64,000 nt of DNA from a bacterium (lineage in GTDB: Bacteria; RBG-13-61-14; DATKZS01): contig CAXXFL010000001.1 in the NCBI GenBank assembly GCA_963674965.2, positions 1,088,001 to 1,152,000 of the forward strand. Direction: 5' to 3'. Below the pieces are notes generated by a model. That model ran no database searches and was not told where the DNA came from. It saw only the letters and a list, made by a program, of their open reading frames with translations. Made by a program: the position numbers and the translations under genes. Position 1 is the stretch's first letter. Every line of letters begins with the position of its first letter. Below are positions 8,561 to 19,002 of this stretch, one piece after another.

Positions 8561-9379
8561 ATGACGGAAGAAATAACCACAACCTCCGGAGGCGAGGCAG
8601 CCATCCGGATAAGAAACCTCGAGGTCGAACTGGGAGGAACGCGGGTCCTGACCGGCGTCAACGCGGCCATCATGAAGGGCGAGATCACCGCCCTCATCGG
8701 ACCCAACGGAGCGGGCAAAACCACGCTCCTTCTCGCCATGCTCGGCCTCATCCATTACAAGGGCAAGATAGATTACCTCACCTCGAACGGGCGGCCCATG
8801 ATCGGCTACGTGCCGCAATACCTCGACTTCGACAGGGGCATCCCCATTACGGTGATGGATTTCCTCTGCATGTGGCGCCAGCGCCTGCCCGTCTGGATTT
8901 CCCACTCCCGCGTTCAGAGACGGCGGGCCCTCGAGGCCCTCGAGTGGGTCGAGGCCGCCCACGTGTCCGGCCGCGTTCTCGGGGCCCTCTCGGGAGGAGA
9001 GCTTCAACGCGTTCTCCTGGCCATGGCCCTTCTCGACGAGCCGGAGATCATCTTCCTGGACGAGCCGGCCAGCGCGGTCGACCGTCACGGCGAGGAAATA
9101 TTCATGCGACTCATCGGGCGCATCAACCGGGAGCGGGGAATTACCATCCTGATCGTCAGTCACGACATCTCGATGGTGACCCGCATAGCCCGCCAGGTCA
9201 TCTGCCTCAACCGGCAGGTCCTTTCGGAGGGCAAGACCGCCGAGATTCTTAACGAGAACACTCTCGCCGCCTGTTTCGGTCCTGATAAGGGCCTTCTTCT
9301 TCACGACCACCACTGGGACGGCGAGGTCCATTGCGCCCAATCACCGGACTCGAGTCCGGAAGGCCGGGAGACCGACTGA
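8561..9379 (+). CDS. znuC: Metal ABC transporter ATP-binding protein
   Basis: Walker A GPNGAGKT, IGYVPQ, LSGGELQRV, LDEP, SHD, His-rich C-terminus. Confidence 0.9.
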   Translation: MTEEITTTSGGEAAIRIRNLEVELGGTRVLTGVNAAIMKGEITALIGPNGAGKTTLLLAMLGLIHYKGKIDYLTSNGRPMIGYVPQYLDFDRGIPITVMDFLCMWRQRLPVWISHSRVQRRRALEALEWVEAAHVSGRVLGALSGGELQRVLLAMALLDEPEIIFLDEPASAVDRHGEEIFMRLIGRINRERGITILIVSHDISMVTRIARQVICLNRQVLSEGKTAEILNENTLAACFGPDKGLLLHDHHWDGEVHCAQSPDSSPEGRETD

Positions 9380-9381
9380 AT

Positions 9382-10224
9382 ATGGAACATGTCTATTCGG
9401 TCATGGACCTTCTGCTTCCCTTCGCCTGGGCCGAGCCTTTCTTCATGAAGAGGGCGCTTTTGGCCGTGCTCCTTGTCGCTCCCGTCTGCGCGGCCATGGG
9501 AGTCATGGTGGTCAACTTCCGCATGGCCTTTTTTTCCGACGCCATCAGCCACTCCGCCTTTACGGGCGTGGCCCTGGGGATTCTTCTGGGAGTCGATCCC
9601 CGGTTTACTCTCATCATCTTCGGCGCCCTGGTCGGCCTCGGAATCATGGCCATCAGGGGCCGGAGCAGCCTGTCCGTTGACACCATAATAGGCGTGTTCC
9701 TGAGTTTTTCCGTCGCCCTGGGCATAGTGGTGGTCAGCGCCAAGAAGGGCCTTACCCGCGATCTTCACGCCTATCTTTTCGGCGACGTCTTCGCCGTCAG
9801 CCCTTCCGAGCTGGGACTCATGCTTATCCTGGCCGTGGTATGCGCGGCTTTCCTGGTGGTGTTTTTTAACGACCTTTTCCTTATCGGCGTGAACGAGCGA
9901 GTGGCCAAGGCCCATGGTGTCAACGTCAAGGCCCTGCAATATTTTTACGCTTTGCTTCTGGCTCTGGTGGTTACCTTTACCATCCGCGTGATCGGCCTTT
10001 TGCTGGTAACGGCCATGCTGGTGGTACCCGCGGCAACGGGCCGGAACCTGGCGCGGTCGGTAAGGACCATGTTCTGGAGCGCCATCCTGGTGGGTTCCCT
10101 TAGCGGAATCGCGGGTTTGGTGACGTCCTTTTACGTAAAGGGGGCCGTGGGAGGCGGGACCATTATCCTGATAGCCTGTCTCCTTTTCATGATAAGCCAA
10201 CTATACGCCACGGTGAGAAACTGA
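9382..10224 (+). CDS. znuB: Metal ABC transporter permease
   Basis: FMKRALLA...AFFSDAISHSAFTGVA...YLFGDV. Start placed at ATG 9382, just after the znuC stop. Confidence 0.9.
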   Translation: MEHVYSVMDLLLPFAWAEPFFMKRALLAVLLVAPVCAAMGVMVVNFRMAFFSDAISHSAFTGVALGILLGVDPRFTLIIFGALVGLGIMAIRGRSSLSVDTIIGVFLSFSVALGIVVVSAKKGLTRDLHAYLFGDVFAVSPSELGLMLILAVVCAAFLVVFFNDLFLIGVNERVAKAHGVNVKALQYFYALLLALVVTFTIRVIGLLLVTAMLVVPAATGRNLARSVRTMFWSAILVGSLSGIAGLVTSFYVKGAVGGGTIILIACLLFMISQLYATVRN

Positions 10225-10254
10225 GCGCCTCCGGGCCGCTTGCCCCGATACGTC

Positions 10255-12483
10255 ATGCCTGATTTAAAAGACTCGGTTAAAACCTCGATCCTGGCGGCGG
10301 TCTTTTTCTTTTCCGGCTTCGCCGCCCTCATGTACCAGGTGGCCTGGCAAAGGCTTCTTACCATACATTACGGAGTGGGCGCCGTCTCCATTACCATTAT
10401 CGTAACCGTCTACATGTTCGGCCTCGGGATCGGCGCCCTCGCTGGCGGGGCTATCTCCGAGAGGACCCAAAGTCGAGTGCGGCTTTACTTCGCCATCGAG
10501 CTGTTAATCGGGCTGTTCGGTCTTCTAAGCCTTTCTTTTTTGAACGCCCTGGGCAAGGCCACCGCCGGGGAAAGCGCGGCCCTTTCCCTATTATACGTAG
10601 CCCTGTTCCTGGCCGTGCCCACCTTCCTTATGGGATCGACCCTCCCCATCCTGGTCAAGATTTACAACGGCTACAAGCGAAACGTGCTGGGCTCGGTGAG
10701 CTTCCTATATTTCATCAACACCATGGGCGCGGCCGCCGGGTCGGCCTTCACGGCCTACGTCGTGGTTGGCTTTTGGGGACTGGACGCGGCCGTATATCTG
10801 GCGGCCCTTATCAACCTCATATTGTCGGGCATGATCTTTTACATCGGCAAGGAGGACAAAACCTTTGGCGCAAAGGCGCCCGGAAAGGACGAGCCTCTTG
10901 ATGACATGCTCGGCCGTCTGGCCTATCCCCTGGTGCTGGTGACGGGGTTCGTGGCCATCGGCTACGAGATCGTCTGGTTCCGGGTAATAGGGACCCTGGT
11001 GAAGGCTTCGCCCTACTCCTTTGCCACCGTGCTTTCCGTTTATCTTGTAGGCATAGCCCTTGGCAGTTTCATCATGGAAAGACGAGCTCGCGGGCTTTGT
11101 GGCGCCGACAAGAAAAGTCTTTTTTTTATCATCCAGTTTTTTATCGGGGTCTCGGCCCTTCTGTCCATCGTCATTTATTATCGGCTTACCGAGCACACGC
11201 CTTTCAGCGCGGTGACCAGGGCGTCCTTTATGGTCGAGATCCATCCGTCATTGCCGGACGGACCCGGGCTGACCCGGTTCATGGCGGCGACTGACGTCCT
11301 TTTCTGGCCCCTGTTTATCGAGCTTGTACCCGCTCTCTTCATCGGCGCCGGCTTTCCCTTGGTGGCTTACCTAGCCCAGACCCGGAGCGGCCGGGAGGGA
11401 GGGGCCGTCGGCTGGGTGTATTTCTTCAACGCCGCGGGAAACGTTCTTGGCGCGGCGGTAACGGGCTTCGTGCTTCTCAAATACCTGGGCTCCGAGATCA
11501 CGCTGTTAGTCTTCGGCTTCGTGAACGTCTTTATGCTGGTTTTCGCCGCAAGGGGCCTGGGGCGGAAGTTTCCCATTAAATTCCGCGTCCCGGCGGCGGC
11601 TTTGACTTTTACTGTCTTGGCGCTTTTTTTCCCCACTGGCGGCGAACTTTATAAAGCCATACACCAAAGCCCCGGCGAGGGTTTCACGGAGTTTTTTAAA
11701 GAAGGAGTCGATACGGTGGTGATGACCTACCGCAAGGCGCCTTACCTGACCAATTACATTGGGGGCATGGGCCACGGCGGCCGGCCGGGATGGTTTTTTA
11801 TCGCCGAGACGTCCGAGGCCCTGACCCATCTCTCGAGCACCGGCGACGTCCTGGTCATAGGCTTCGGCACGGGCACGCTTACGGAGACGGTCCTGTTGAT
11901 GCAGGATTTAAAAAGCGTTACCGTCGTCGAGTTGAGCGAGACGCTCATGACCAACCTTTTAAAGATGGACCTTTTCCGAGACGTTCTTTCGGACAGCAGG
12001 ATTAATCTGGTTATCGACGACGGCCGAAGGTATCTTCAAGCTAGCGACAAGCAATACGACCTGGTCCTGATGGACCCGCTTCGAGTGACCACTTCATACG
12101 CCAACAACCTTTACTCGAGGGAGTTCTTCGAGCTGGTTAAATCGCGCATGAAGCCAGGGGGCGTCTTCATGATCTGGATGGACGACGACCGGACCGTCCC
12201 CAAAACCGCCGCCACCGCGTTCGAGCGCGTTAAGTTCTATCGGCTGGGACTGGTGCAGTATTTCGCCCTCGCCTCGGACCAGCCTCTTATTAAGCGGGAC
12301 ACAAGGCAACGTTATATCGAGTCCCGGATGAACCCTCAAGTCCTCGAGCGGGTCAACGCCGTCTGGGCCAGGTCGCTTTATCTGGGAGACGAGGAATACG
12401 TGAAGCGGACATACGCGGAAGGGCCCATCAATGAGGACATGAAGCCGCGGGGAGAATATTACCTGGGACTGAAATCGGACTGA
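10255..12483 (+). CDS. Fused multi-TM membrane domain / spermidine-synthase-like SAM-fold protein
   Basis: FFSGFAALMYQVAWQRLL repeated TM module. C-terminal VLVIGFGTG, VVELS, DDGRRYL, YDLVLMDP, NLYSREFF. Start uncertain (10240 TTG or 10255 ATG). Confidence 0.85.
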   Translation: MPDLKDSVKTSILAAVFFFSGFAALMYQVAWQRLLTIHYGVGAVSITIIVTVYMFGLGIGALAGGAISERTQSRVRLYFAIELLIGLFGLLSLSFLNALGKATAGESAALSLLYVALFLAVPTFLMGSTLPILVKIYNGYKRNVLGSVSFLYFINTMGAAAGSAFTAYVVVGFWGLDAAVYLAALINLILSGMIFYIGKEDKTFGAKAPGKDEPLDDMLGRLAYPLVLVTGFVAIGYEIVWFRVIGTLVKASPYSFATVLSVYLVGIALGSFIMERRARGLCGADKKSLFFIIQFFIGVSALLSIVIYYRLTEHTPFSAVTRASFMVEIHPSLPDGPGLTRFMAATDVLFWPLFIELVPALFIGAGFPLVAYLAQTRSGREGGAVGWVYFFNAAGNVLGAAVTGFVLLKYLGSEITLLVFGFVNVFMLVFAARGLGRKFPIKFRVPAAALTFTVLALFFPTGGELYKAIHQSPGEGFTEFFKEGVDTVVMTYRKAPYLTNYIGGMGHGGRPGWFFIAETSEALTHLSSTGDVLVIGFGTGTLTETVLLMQDLKSVTVVELSETLMTNLLKMDLFRDVLSDSRINLVIDDGRRYLQASDKQYDLVLMDPLRVTTSYANNLYSREFFELVKSRMKPGGVFMIWMDDDRTVPKTAATAFERVKFYRLGLVQYFALASDQPLIKRDTRQRYIESRMNPQVLERVNAVWARSLYLGDEEYVKRTYAEGPINEDMKPRGEYYLGLKSD

Positions 12484-12489
12484 CCCTGC

Positions 12490-13293
12490 TTATTGCTTGC
12501 CGGGCCAGTCGGCGTGAATCTTGACCAGCTCGTGGGCCTGTTCCGGCGTTCCCATTGGTGGGCCGAATTTTCCCTGCAGCTTGACCATGCCGTGAGGATA
12601 CTCCTTCTCGACCCATATGTAATAGGCGGGCATGAAGGCCTTCATCAGCCGCGAGCCGCCGATCCATTTTCCCGCGAACTGCTCGAGGTCGTATTCCATC
12701 CTGATCTTGAGGCACTCGAACTCGCCGGCGGGGACTTTGATTTTTTCCACGGCCTCCACGGTGAGGGTCACTTTCCACGGCTTCATTTCCGGACTGAATA
12801 AAAGATAACAGTCCGTGCTCTGCCCTACTCCCATGTTTATCACCATGGGGGCCAGGGCCAGGACGTTGACGTGAAAGGTGTTGGGAGGAAAATCGTAGAC
12901 CTCATCCCTGTAGTCGTGCTCGTAGCGCGCCACGACTTTTCCGCTGCGGCTGGTGATTTTTTTCTCGGCCTTGATAAGTGAGTAGTTGTCGGGATCGAGA
13001 ATAAACTCCCACAGCACCGAGTCGCCCTCGGGGGTCCTCTCCTCGCGCTTGAAGGCCAGGACCTTCTTGCCCTCCCAGGTGGTCGAGCAAAGCCAGACGG
13101 AAAACTCGGTGGCGTCGAAATAGCGCTTTTCGTCGCCGCCCGGCTCGCCGCCGTCCACGTTGATCACGCGGTAGTCGCGGCGGCACTGGTCTTTTACGTC
13201 AAGTTCTCCCCGGACCCCGGCGGCCAGTATCAGGGCAAAGATTAATACCATGCATATAATCAGCGCTTTAAAAAAGTTATTATGCTTCATCAT
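12490..13293 (-). CDS. Exported hypothetical protein (DUF3108-like)
   Basis: Signal peptide and EKIKVPAGEFECLKI motif. Confidence 0.6.
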   Translation of the reverse strand: MMKHNNFFKALIICMVLIFALILAAGVRGELDVKDQCRRDYRVINVDGGEPGGDEKRYFDATEFSVWLCSTTWEGKKVLAFKREERTPEGDSVLWEFILDPDNYSLIKAEKKITSRSGKVVARYEHDYRDEVYDFPPNTFHVNVLALAPMVINMGVGQSTDCYLLFSPEMKPWKVTLTVEAVEKIKVPAGEFECLKIRMEYDLEQFAGKWIGGSRLMKAFMPAYYIWVEKEYPHGMVKLQGKFGPPMGTPEQAHELVKIHADWPGKQ

Positions 13294-13549
13294 GACCTCT
13301 CAGAGATGGCGATAATACAGAATATACTTACTTTTCCGGCCCGCCGCCAGAGCCGGGCGGGCAATGGTCCAAAGCCCTCTCCCGGTTTCCTCGTCGCTTG
13401 CGTATCGAGCGTTATTTTCACTTGCGCCGAGGACGGACAAAGTACTATACTGCCTATTGCTGTATGACTTGCTTTATCCGGCCGGCCGTATTTGCCGGAC
13501 CCTTGATTTACCGAATGGCACGTAAAGTTTTCGCGACTGGGAGGTCAAC

Positions 13550-14629
13550 ATGAAGGTAATGGTTAACGGCGCCACGGGTCTGGTGGGCATGGCCATAATG
13601 GACGCCTTTCTCGAGGCGGGTCACGACGTTCGGGCCAGCGATCATCCGCGCTGCGATTTCCGGGAGGTCGAATCGAAAGGGGTTGAGGTTGTTCCCGCCG
13701 ACCTGGACGACGCGGACGCCCTGGATAAATCCGTCGAGGGCATGGACGTTGTCGTCCACGTGGCGGGCATCTTCGATCTTGGCGCCTCGCCCAAGCTCCT
13801 TGAACGCGTCAACCACCAGGGCACGCGCGACGTGCTCGAGGCCGTGCTTCGCAAGGCGCCCAACTTGCACCGCTTCGTTCAGATCGCCACGGTGGGCGTT
13901 TACGGCGAGCCCGTCCGCTGCCCCTGCAAGGAGGACGACCCCAAACGGCCCAGGAACGCCTATGAAAAAAGCAAGTTTAAAGGCGAGCTTGCCGCCTTCG
14001 AGTACCACAAGAAACACGGCCTGCCCGTGACCTCGATCCGTCCCACCCTGGTATACGGGCCCAGGGCCAAGTACGGACACGCCATGTTCATCGCCGGCCT
14101 TTGCCTTTTGAAGCACAAGACCGAGCGCGACTGGATGGTCGGTCTGACCTCGGGGCCCAAGACCAGCCACGTGCACGTTGACGACGTGGGCCGGGCCGCG
14201 GTGCTGGTGGCCGAAAAAGACGGCGCCATCGGCAAACCCCACAATATAGCCGACCCCAACCCGGTTGACGGGCTGACCTTCTCCAAGGCCCTGGCCGAGC
14301 CGATCGGTTTCGAGCTACGGCCCTACGTCCCCTACGTGAAGCCCCTCATGTCGCTGGTGGGCGCGGCCTTGCCCTACGTGCCGCAAAGGCCCATCGACTG
14401 GTTCAACGGCTACGTGGCCAAGTGGTGGGACGAGCTTTGCGACGAGAAGGGCCTGTCAAAGGAACTCAACCTGAAGGCGGACAAGGACTGGATAGGCTAC
14501 TGCACGGGCGACAATTTCTACGACGTGAGCAGGATCAAGGAATTGGGCATGCAGTGGAAATACCCCGACTGCGTGGAGGGACTCAAGGAAACCATCCAGT
14601 GGTATCGGGACCGGGAATGGATTCCATGA
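13550..14629 (+). CDS. NAD-dependent epimerase/dehydratase (extended SDR, 3-beta-HSD-like)
   Basis: VNGATGLVG, HVAG, YEKSK (YxxxK), RPTLVYGP. GGAGG SD. Confidence 0.9.
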   Translation: MKVMVNGATGLVGMAIMDAFLEAGHDVRASDHPRCDFREVESKGVEVVPADLDDADALDKSVEGMDVVVHVAGIFDLGASPKLLERVNHQGTRDVLEAVLRKAPNLHRFVQIATVGVYGEPVRCPCKEDDPKRPRNAYEKSKFKGELAAFEYHKKHGLPVTSIRPTLVYGPRAKYGHAMFIAGLCLLKHKTERDWMVGLTSGPKTSHVHVDDVGRAAVLVAEKDGAIGKPHNIADPNPVDGLTFSKALAEPIGFELRPYVPYVKPLMSLVGAALPYVPQRPIDWFNGYVAKWWDELCDEKGLSKELNLKADKDWIGYCTGDNFYDVSRIKELGMQWKYPDCVEGLKETIQWYRDREWIP

Positions 14630-14664
14630 TAGAATAACAATCCTTGGCATATCAGGCCGCTCGA

Positions 14665-14698
14665 GGCCCCCGTCTTTGTCGAGACCGGGGGCTTTTTG
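14665..14698 (+). terminator. Intrinsic terminator
   Basis: gcccccgtct...agaccgggggc stem followed by ttttt. Confidence 0.6.
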
Positions 14699-14730
14699 CG
14701 GCGGGCGGCTTTATAAGAGGACTTGGTTTG

Positions 14731-15612
14731 GTGGAGAAGATTAAGGGCGATATATATCTGGTTCCGGGCAGGAGGGGAGGACATTACCCTCACTGCAACT
14801 CTATTTTCATCGATTCGGACGGCCGCGCCGTGATCGATCCCGGCTCTCACCGCAAGGCCCTTCGCGAACTGGGGGAGAGGGGAGTCGAGACGGCCCTTTT
14901 ATCGCACTTCCACAGCGACCATATCCGGGACCTTCGCGAGCTCCCCGAGGCCCGGATTTTCATCCACTCCAGCGAACAAGACGCCCTGGCCGGCTGGGAA
15001 AAAATGTCCCCCTTTATCTGGTTCCCCGAGGAAACGCCCGACCAAATCTGGATCGGACGCAAGGACCGGGAGGTCGGGGGATGGGGATGGGACGTGTCCG
15101 GGACCTTCACGGGCGGCGACGAAATTATTATCGGCGACGTTCGAGTCGTCGTTATTCATGCTCCCGGCCATACCGTGGGCCACTGCTGTTTCTGGTTTCC
15201 CGAGGAGAAGATACTTTTCTCGGCCGACGTGGATTTCACGGACTTCGGCCCGTGGTACGGCAACGCCTGCTCGGGCGTTAAGTCATTTAAAGAGTCGATC
15301 GAGCTTCTTAAGAACTACCGCCCGGAGGTCACCGTTACTGGCCACGAGGCCGGCCTTATCGAGGGAGACCTCGAGCGGCGCCTCGATATCTACGGACGCG
15401 TAATAGACCTTCGTCACGAGCGCATTCTCGAGTTTATCAGGGAGCCCAGGACCTTGAACGAGGTGACGGCCCAGGCTTTCGTTTACGGCGAGTTCTATTC
15501 CAAGGACAATACCCTTCACGATCCCGAGTGGCGCATGGTCCGCCACCATCTCGAGTGGGCCGTCGAGCGGGGCGAGGCGGTCCTCGACGGCGGCGCGTAT
15601 CGCGCCTTGTAA
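14731..15612 (+). CDS. MBL-fold metallo-hydrolase
   Basis: SHFHSDH, HAPGHT, D and TGH motifs. Start probably TTG/GTG at 14728-14731 after AGAGG. Confidence 0.85.
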   Translation: MEKIKGDIYLVPGRRGGHYPHCNSIFIDSDGRAVIDPGSHRKALRELGERGVETALLSHFHSDHIRDLRELPEARIFIHSSEQDALAGWEKMSPFIWFPEETPDQIWIGRKDREVGGWGWDVSGTFTGGDEIIIGDVRVVVIHAPGHTVGHCCFWFPEEKILFSADVDFTDFGPWYGNACSGVKSFKESIELLKNYRPEVTVTGHEAGLIEGDLERRLDIYGRVIDLRHERILEFIREPRTLNEVTAQAFVYGEFYSKDNTLHDPEWRMVRHHLEWAVERGEAVLDGGAYRAL

Positions 15613-15619
15613 TCCTCGT

Positions 15620-15650
15620 CAAAAAGGGCGCCCTGTTGGACGCCCTTTCC
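15620..15650. terminator. Bidirectional terminator between convergent genes
   Basis: aaaaagggcg...cgcccttt stem with A/T flanks. Confidence 0.55.
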
Positions 15651-15682
15651 CGATCGCTCGATCACGTTAATACTTTTATGGA

Positions 15683-18600
15683 TCAGCTTTTGTTTTCTCC
15701 CGTCTTGCCGGTCGGGATGGGAGGCGGGGTTTCGGTTTTCGTTTTACGCCGGAAGAGCTTTTTCATATCCAGGGCGAAATCGTCGAAAATCTGGTAAAAA
15801 ACCGGAATGACGATAAGGGTAAGGGCGGTCGAGGAAATCAGTCCTCCCACCACCACTATGCCCAGGGGCTTTTGAAGCTCGAGTCCCTCGGCGCGGCCCA
15901 TGGCGATGGGTAAAACGCCGAACAGGGTTGTAAAGGCCGTCATTAAAATAGGACGGAGCCTGGTCTTGCCCGCCTCGATGATCGCCTCGCGCCTGTCCAT
16001 GCCCTGTCGGTGGAACTCGATGATAAAGTCCATGAGCACGATCGAGTTGGTAGCCACGATGCCCACCAGCATGATAAGGCCGATAAAGGCGGTGACGCCG
16101 AAGGCGGTGTCGGTAATGTAAAGTCCGGCCACGGCCCCGGTGAAGGCCAGCGGAATGGCGACCATGATGGTAATGGGATGGATGACCGACTCGTAAAGGC
16201 TGGCCAGGATAAGGTACACGAGCAAAATGGAGGCCGCGAACATCATGGCCAGATCGATAAAGGCGTCCTTTAAGTCCTCGATCTCGCCGCCGAACTCGAC
16301 CAGGTATCCCTCGGGAAGGGTCGGCCGGATTTCCTCATCCAGTATCTTTCTTATGTCCTCGACGATCTGGCCCAGGTCACGGTCGTCCGTCTTGTTCGAG
16401 GCCACCTTGACCAGACGCGCCGAGTTCTCGCGCTCGATCTTGGACGGTCCCTCCGAGTACTCGAAATTGGCCACGTCGCGAAGCTTGACCGGGAAACCCA
16501 TGGCGCTCATGACGGTGATTTCCTCGATCTCATCGAAGGTGTCCCGCTGGTCCTCCCGAAGCTGGATGGTGATGTCGTGCTCGTCTCCGGCCTCGCGGTA
16601 GAGGCTGGCAAGCTCGCCGTCAACCGCGGCCTTGACCTCGGTCAGCACCTGGCCCGTGGCCAGGCCGAAGGCCGAGAGACGGTCCCGGTCGAAGCTGTAT
16701 CTGAACTCGGGAACGCCCTCCTCCATGGTCGTGGTCACGTCGCGGGTGCCGGGTACCGTTTTGACCCGGGCGGCGATGCGGTCGGAAATCTGCTTCAATA
16801 TCTTGAAGTCGTCGCCGTAGATTTTAACCTGGATGGGCTTCTCGGAACTGAAGTCCAGGGACCCCGCCTGCTGGAAACTCATCTCGACGTTGGGGTTTTC
16901 CTTGCCGAACCTGTCCCACATATCTCTTAACTCTTTGTCCGAGGTCTTTCTTCCCTCGGCCTCCTTGAGCATCTTGATGTTCATCTCCGCCCGGTTGGTT
17001 CCCTGCTCGCCCCCCATGAAGGCCGCCCGCTCCCGGTCTCCGCTCTCGCCCACCACCACGAAGAAATGGTGGTAGTCGGGCAGCTTTTGCAGATCGGACT
17101 CGATTTTTTTCATGACCGCGTCGGTCTCGGCCAAAACCACCCCGGGCGGCAGCTTGATGGTCGCCCTGTATAGTCCTCCCACCAGGCGGGGAATGAACTC
17201 GTACTTACCCAGGGCCACCATATGGAAGGTCATGGCGCCAGTAAGCGCCAGCACCACGGCGGCGAGCACGAGGGTCAGGTACCAATGGTCGATGGCCCAG
17301 GCCACGACCGCGCCGTAACCGTTGCTGATGGGCCCGAAGAACCTTCCGCTCTTGGCCCTTTTCTCCTCCGGCTCGGGCTTCAATAGCCGCGAGCTGAGCA
17401 TGGGCACCACCGTGAAGGCCACGACCAGGGACCCCATGAGAGCGAAGAAGATGGTGCCGGCGAAGGTCTTGAAAAGCTGGGCCGAGAGCCCCTCCGTAAA
17501 GGCCACGGGCAGGAAGATGATAACGGCCACCAGGGTCGCGCTGACCACGGCCGTGGCCACCTCCCTAAAGCCCTTCTCCGCCGCGGTAAAGGGGTCCTCA
17601 CCCTGGCTCAAGTGCCGGTAGATGTTCTCGAGCACAACGATCGAGTCGTCAACCAGCTTGCCCACCGCGATGACCATGCCGCCAAGGGTCATGATGTTGA
17701 GAGTGTAGTCCGAGAAATACATGGCGATAAAAGCCGTAAGCAGGGATAGAGGAATCGAGGTGATAATGATGATCGACGGCCTTACGCGCCAAAGGAAAAC
17801 GAAAATGACCACGGCGGCCATGATGCCGCCCTCGATGGCCGAACCGCGCAGGGCGGTGATGGAGTCGGTGATGATCTCGGAAAGATCGAAGCTGACGGCG
17901 ACCTTGACTCCCGCGGGCAGGGTCGCCTCGATATCGTCGAGTTGGGCAATGACCTTCCTGGCCACCTGCACCATGTTGGCGTCGGTCTCTTTAAGGACCG
18001 CCATGCCGATGCCCTCGCTGGGCCCGTCGTGGAAATCGACGATCCGGACGATGCCGCGTTTTTCCTTGAAGGTGTCGACTATATCGGCCACGTCCTTCAG
18101 CTTGATGGGGGAGATGGCCCCCTGGCCCGCGAGGTTGTCCCTCGATCCGGTCAGGGCCTGGACCAGCTTTCCGGACTGCATGGCCTGCATATCCATCTGG
18201 GTCATGCCGTTGCCGACCACTATCTCGCCCAGTTCCTCGAGGCTCTCGAACTCGCTCATGCCCCTGATCCGGAAGTTATAGGCGCTGAAATCGACGTCGC
18301 CGGTGGTCAGGTTCAGGTTCTGGTAACGGATGGCGTTCATCACGTTGAGATAGTCCAGCCCGTACCTTTCCATTTTTTCCTTGTCCAGGTTCACCTGGAT
18401 TTCCCTTGTGAGTCCGCCCAGGGTCGCGGCCGAGGCCACGCCGGGCAGGCGCTCGAGCTGGGGAGCGATCACGTCCTTGCTGAGGTCGGCCAGGTCGGCC
18501 AGGTTTCTTTTTCCCGTGGGATCGTGGATGTTAAGGAAGAGGACGGGGAAGTCCTGGAGGTCGATGCGGAGCACCACCGGCTCGTCAATGTCCTCGGGCA

Positions 18601-18955
18601 GGACCTCGCGGACCATGGCTATCTTCTCGCGGATGTCGGCGCTGGCCGAGTCCAGGTCCGTGCCCCAGTTGAACTCGGCGTTGATAAAGCACATCTCCTC
18701 CTGGGCCGTGACCTTGACGTTCTTCACGTTCGAGACCGCCTTGATCACCGCCTCGACCGGCTTGCCCACGCGCTCCTCGACCTGCTCCGGGCCGGCGCCG
18801 TCGTACCCGATGTAAACCACCAGGTTGGGAAAGCTGATCTCGGGCATAAGGTCGAGAGGCATCCGGGAAAGGGAAAGAAGCCCGAGAACGACCATCATGA
18901 TCATGCCCATCGCGATGGTGACGGGCCTCTTTATGGGGAATTGAAATAGGTTCAT
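15683..18955 (-). CDS. RND efflux transporter permease (AcrB/AcrD/AcrF family)
   Basis: IKRPVT...PLDLMPEI, GKLVDDSIVVLENI, RLRPILMT; 1090 aa. Confidence 0.95.
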   Translation of the reverse strand: MNLFQFPIKRPVTIAMGMIMMVVLGLLSLSRMPLDLMPEISFPNLVVYIGYDGAGPEQVEERVGKPVEAVIKAVSNVKNVKVTAQEEMCFINAEFNWGTDLDSASADIREKIAMVREVLPEDIDEPVVLRIDLQDFPVLFLNIHDPTGKRNLADLADLSKDVIAPQLERLPGVASAATLGGLTREIQVNLDKEKMERYGLDYLNVMNAIRYQNLNLTTGDVDFSAYNFRIRGMSEFESLEELGEIVVGNGMTQMDMQAMQSGKLVQALTGSRDNLAGQGAISPIKLKDVADIVDTFKEKRGIVRIVDFHDGPSEGIGMAVLKETDANMVQVARKVIAQLDDIEATLPAGVKVAVSFDLSEIITDSITALRGSAIEGGIMAAVVIFVFLWRVRPSIIIITSIPLSLLTAFIAMYFSDYTLNIMTLGGMVIAVGKLVDDSIVVLENIYRHLSQGEDPFTAAEKGFREVATAVVSATLVAVIIFLPVAFTEGLSAQLFKTFAGTIFFALMGSLVVAFTVVPMLSSRLLKPEPEEKRAKSGRFFGPISNGYGAVVAWAIDHWYLTLVLAAVVLALTGAMTFHMVALGKYEFIPRLVGGLYRATIKLPPGVVLAETDAVMKKIESDLQKLPDYHHFFVVVGESGDRERAAFMGGEQGTNRAEMNIKMLKEAEGRKTSDKELRDMWDRFGKENPNVEMSFQQAGSLDFSSEKPIQVKIYGDDFKILKQISDRIAARVKTVPGTRDVTTTMEEGVPEFRYSFDRDRLSAFGLATGQVLTEVKAAVDGELASLYREAGDEHDITIQLREDQRDTFDEIEEITVMSAMGFPVKLRDVANFEYSEGPSKIERENSARLVKVASNKTDDRDLGQIVEDIRKILDEEIRPTLPEGYLVEFGGEIEDLKDAFIDLAMMFAASILLVYLILASLYESVIHPITIMVAIPLAFTGAVAGLYITDTAFGVTAFIGLIMLVGIVATNSIVLMDFIIEFHRQGMDRREAIIEAGKTRLRPILMTAFTTLFGVLPIAMGRAEGLELQKPLGIVVVGGLISSTALTLIVIPVFYQIFDDFALDMKKLFRRKTKTETPPPIPTGKTGENKS

Positions 18956-19002
18956 GACTGCTCTTTCATGCCGCGGACTTATGGGTTAGCCAAGGAATCG
19001 AC

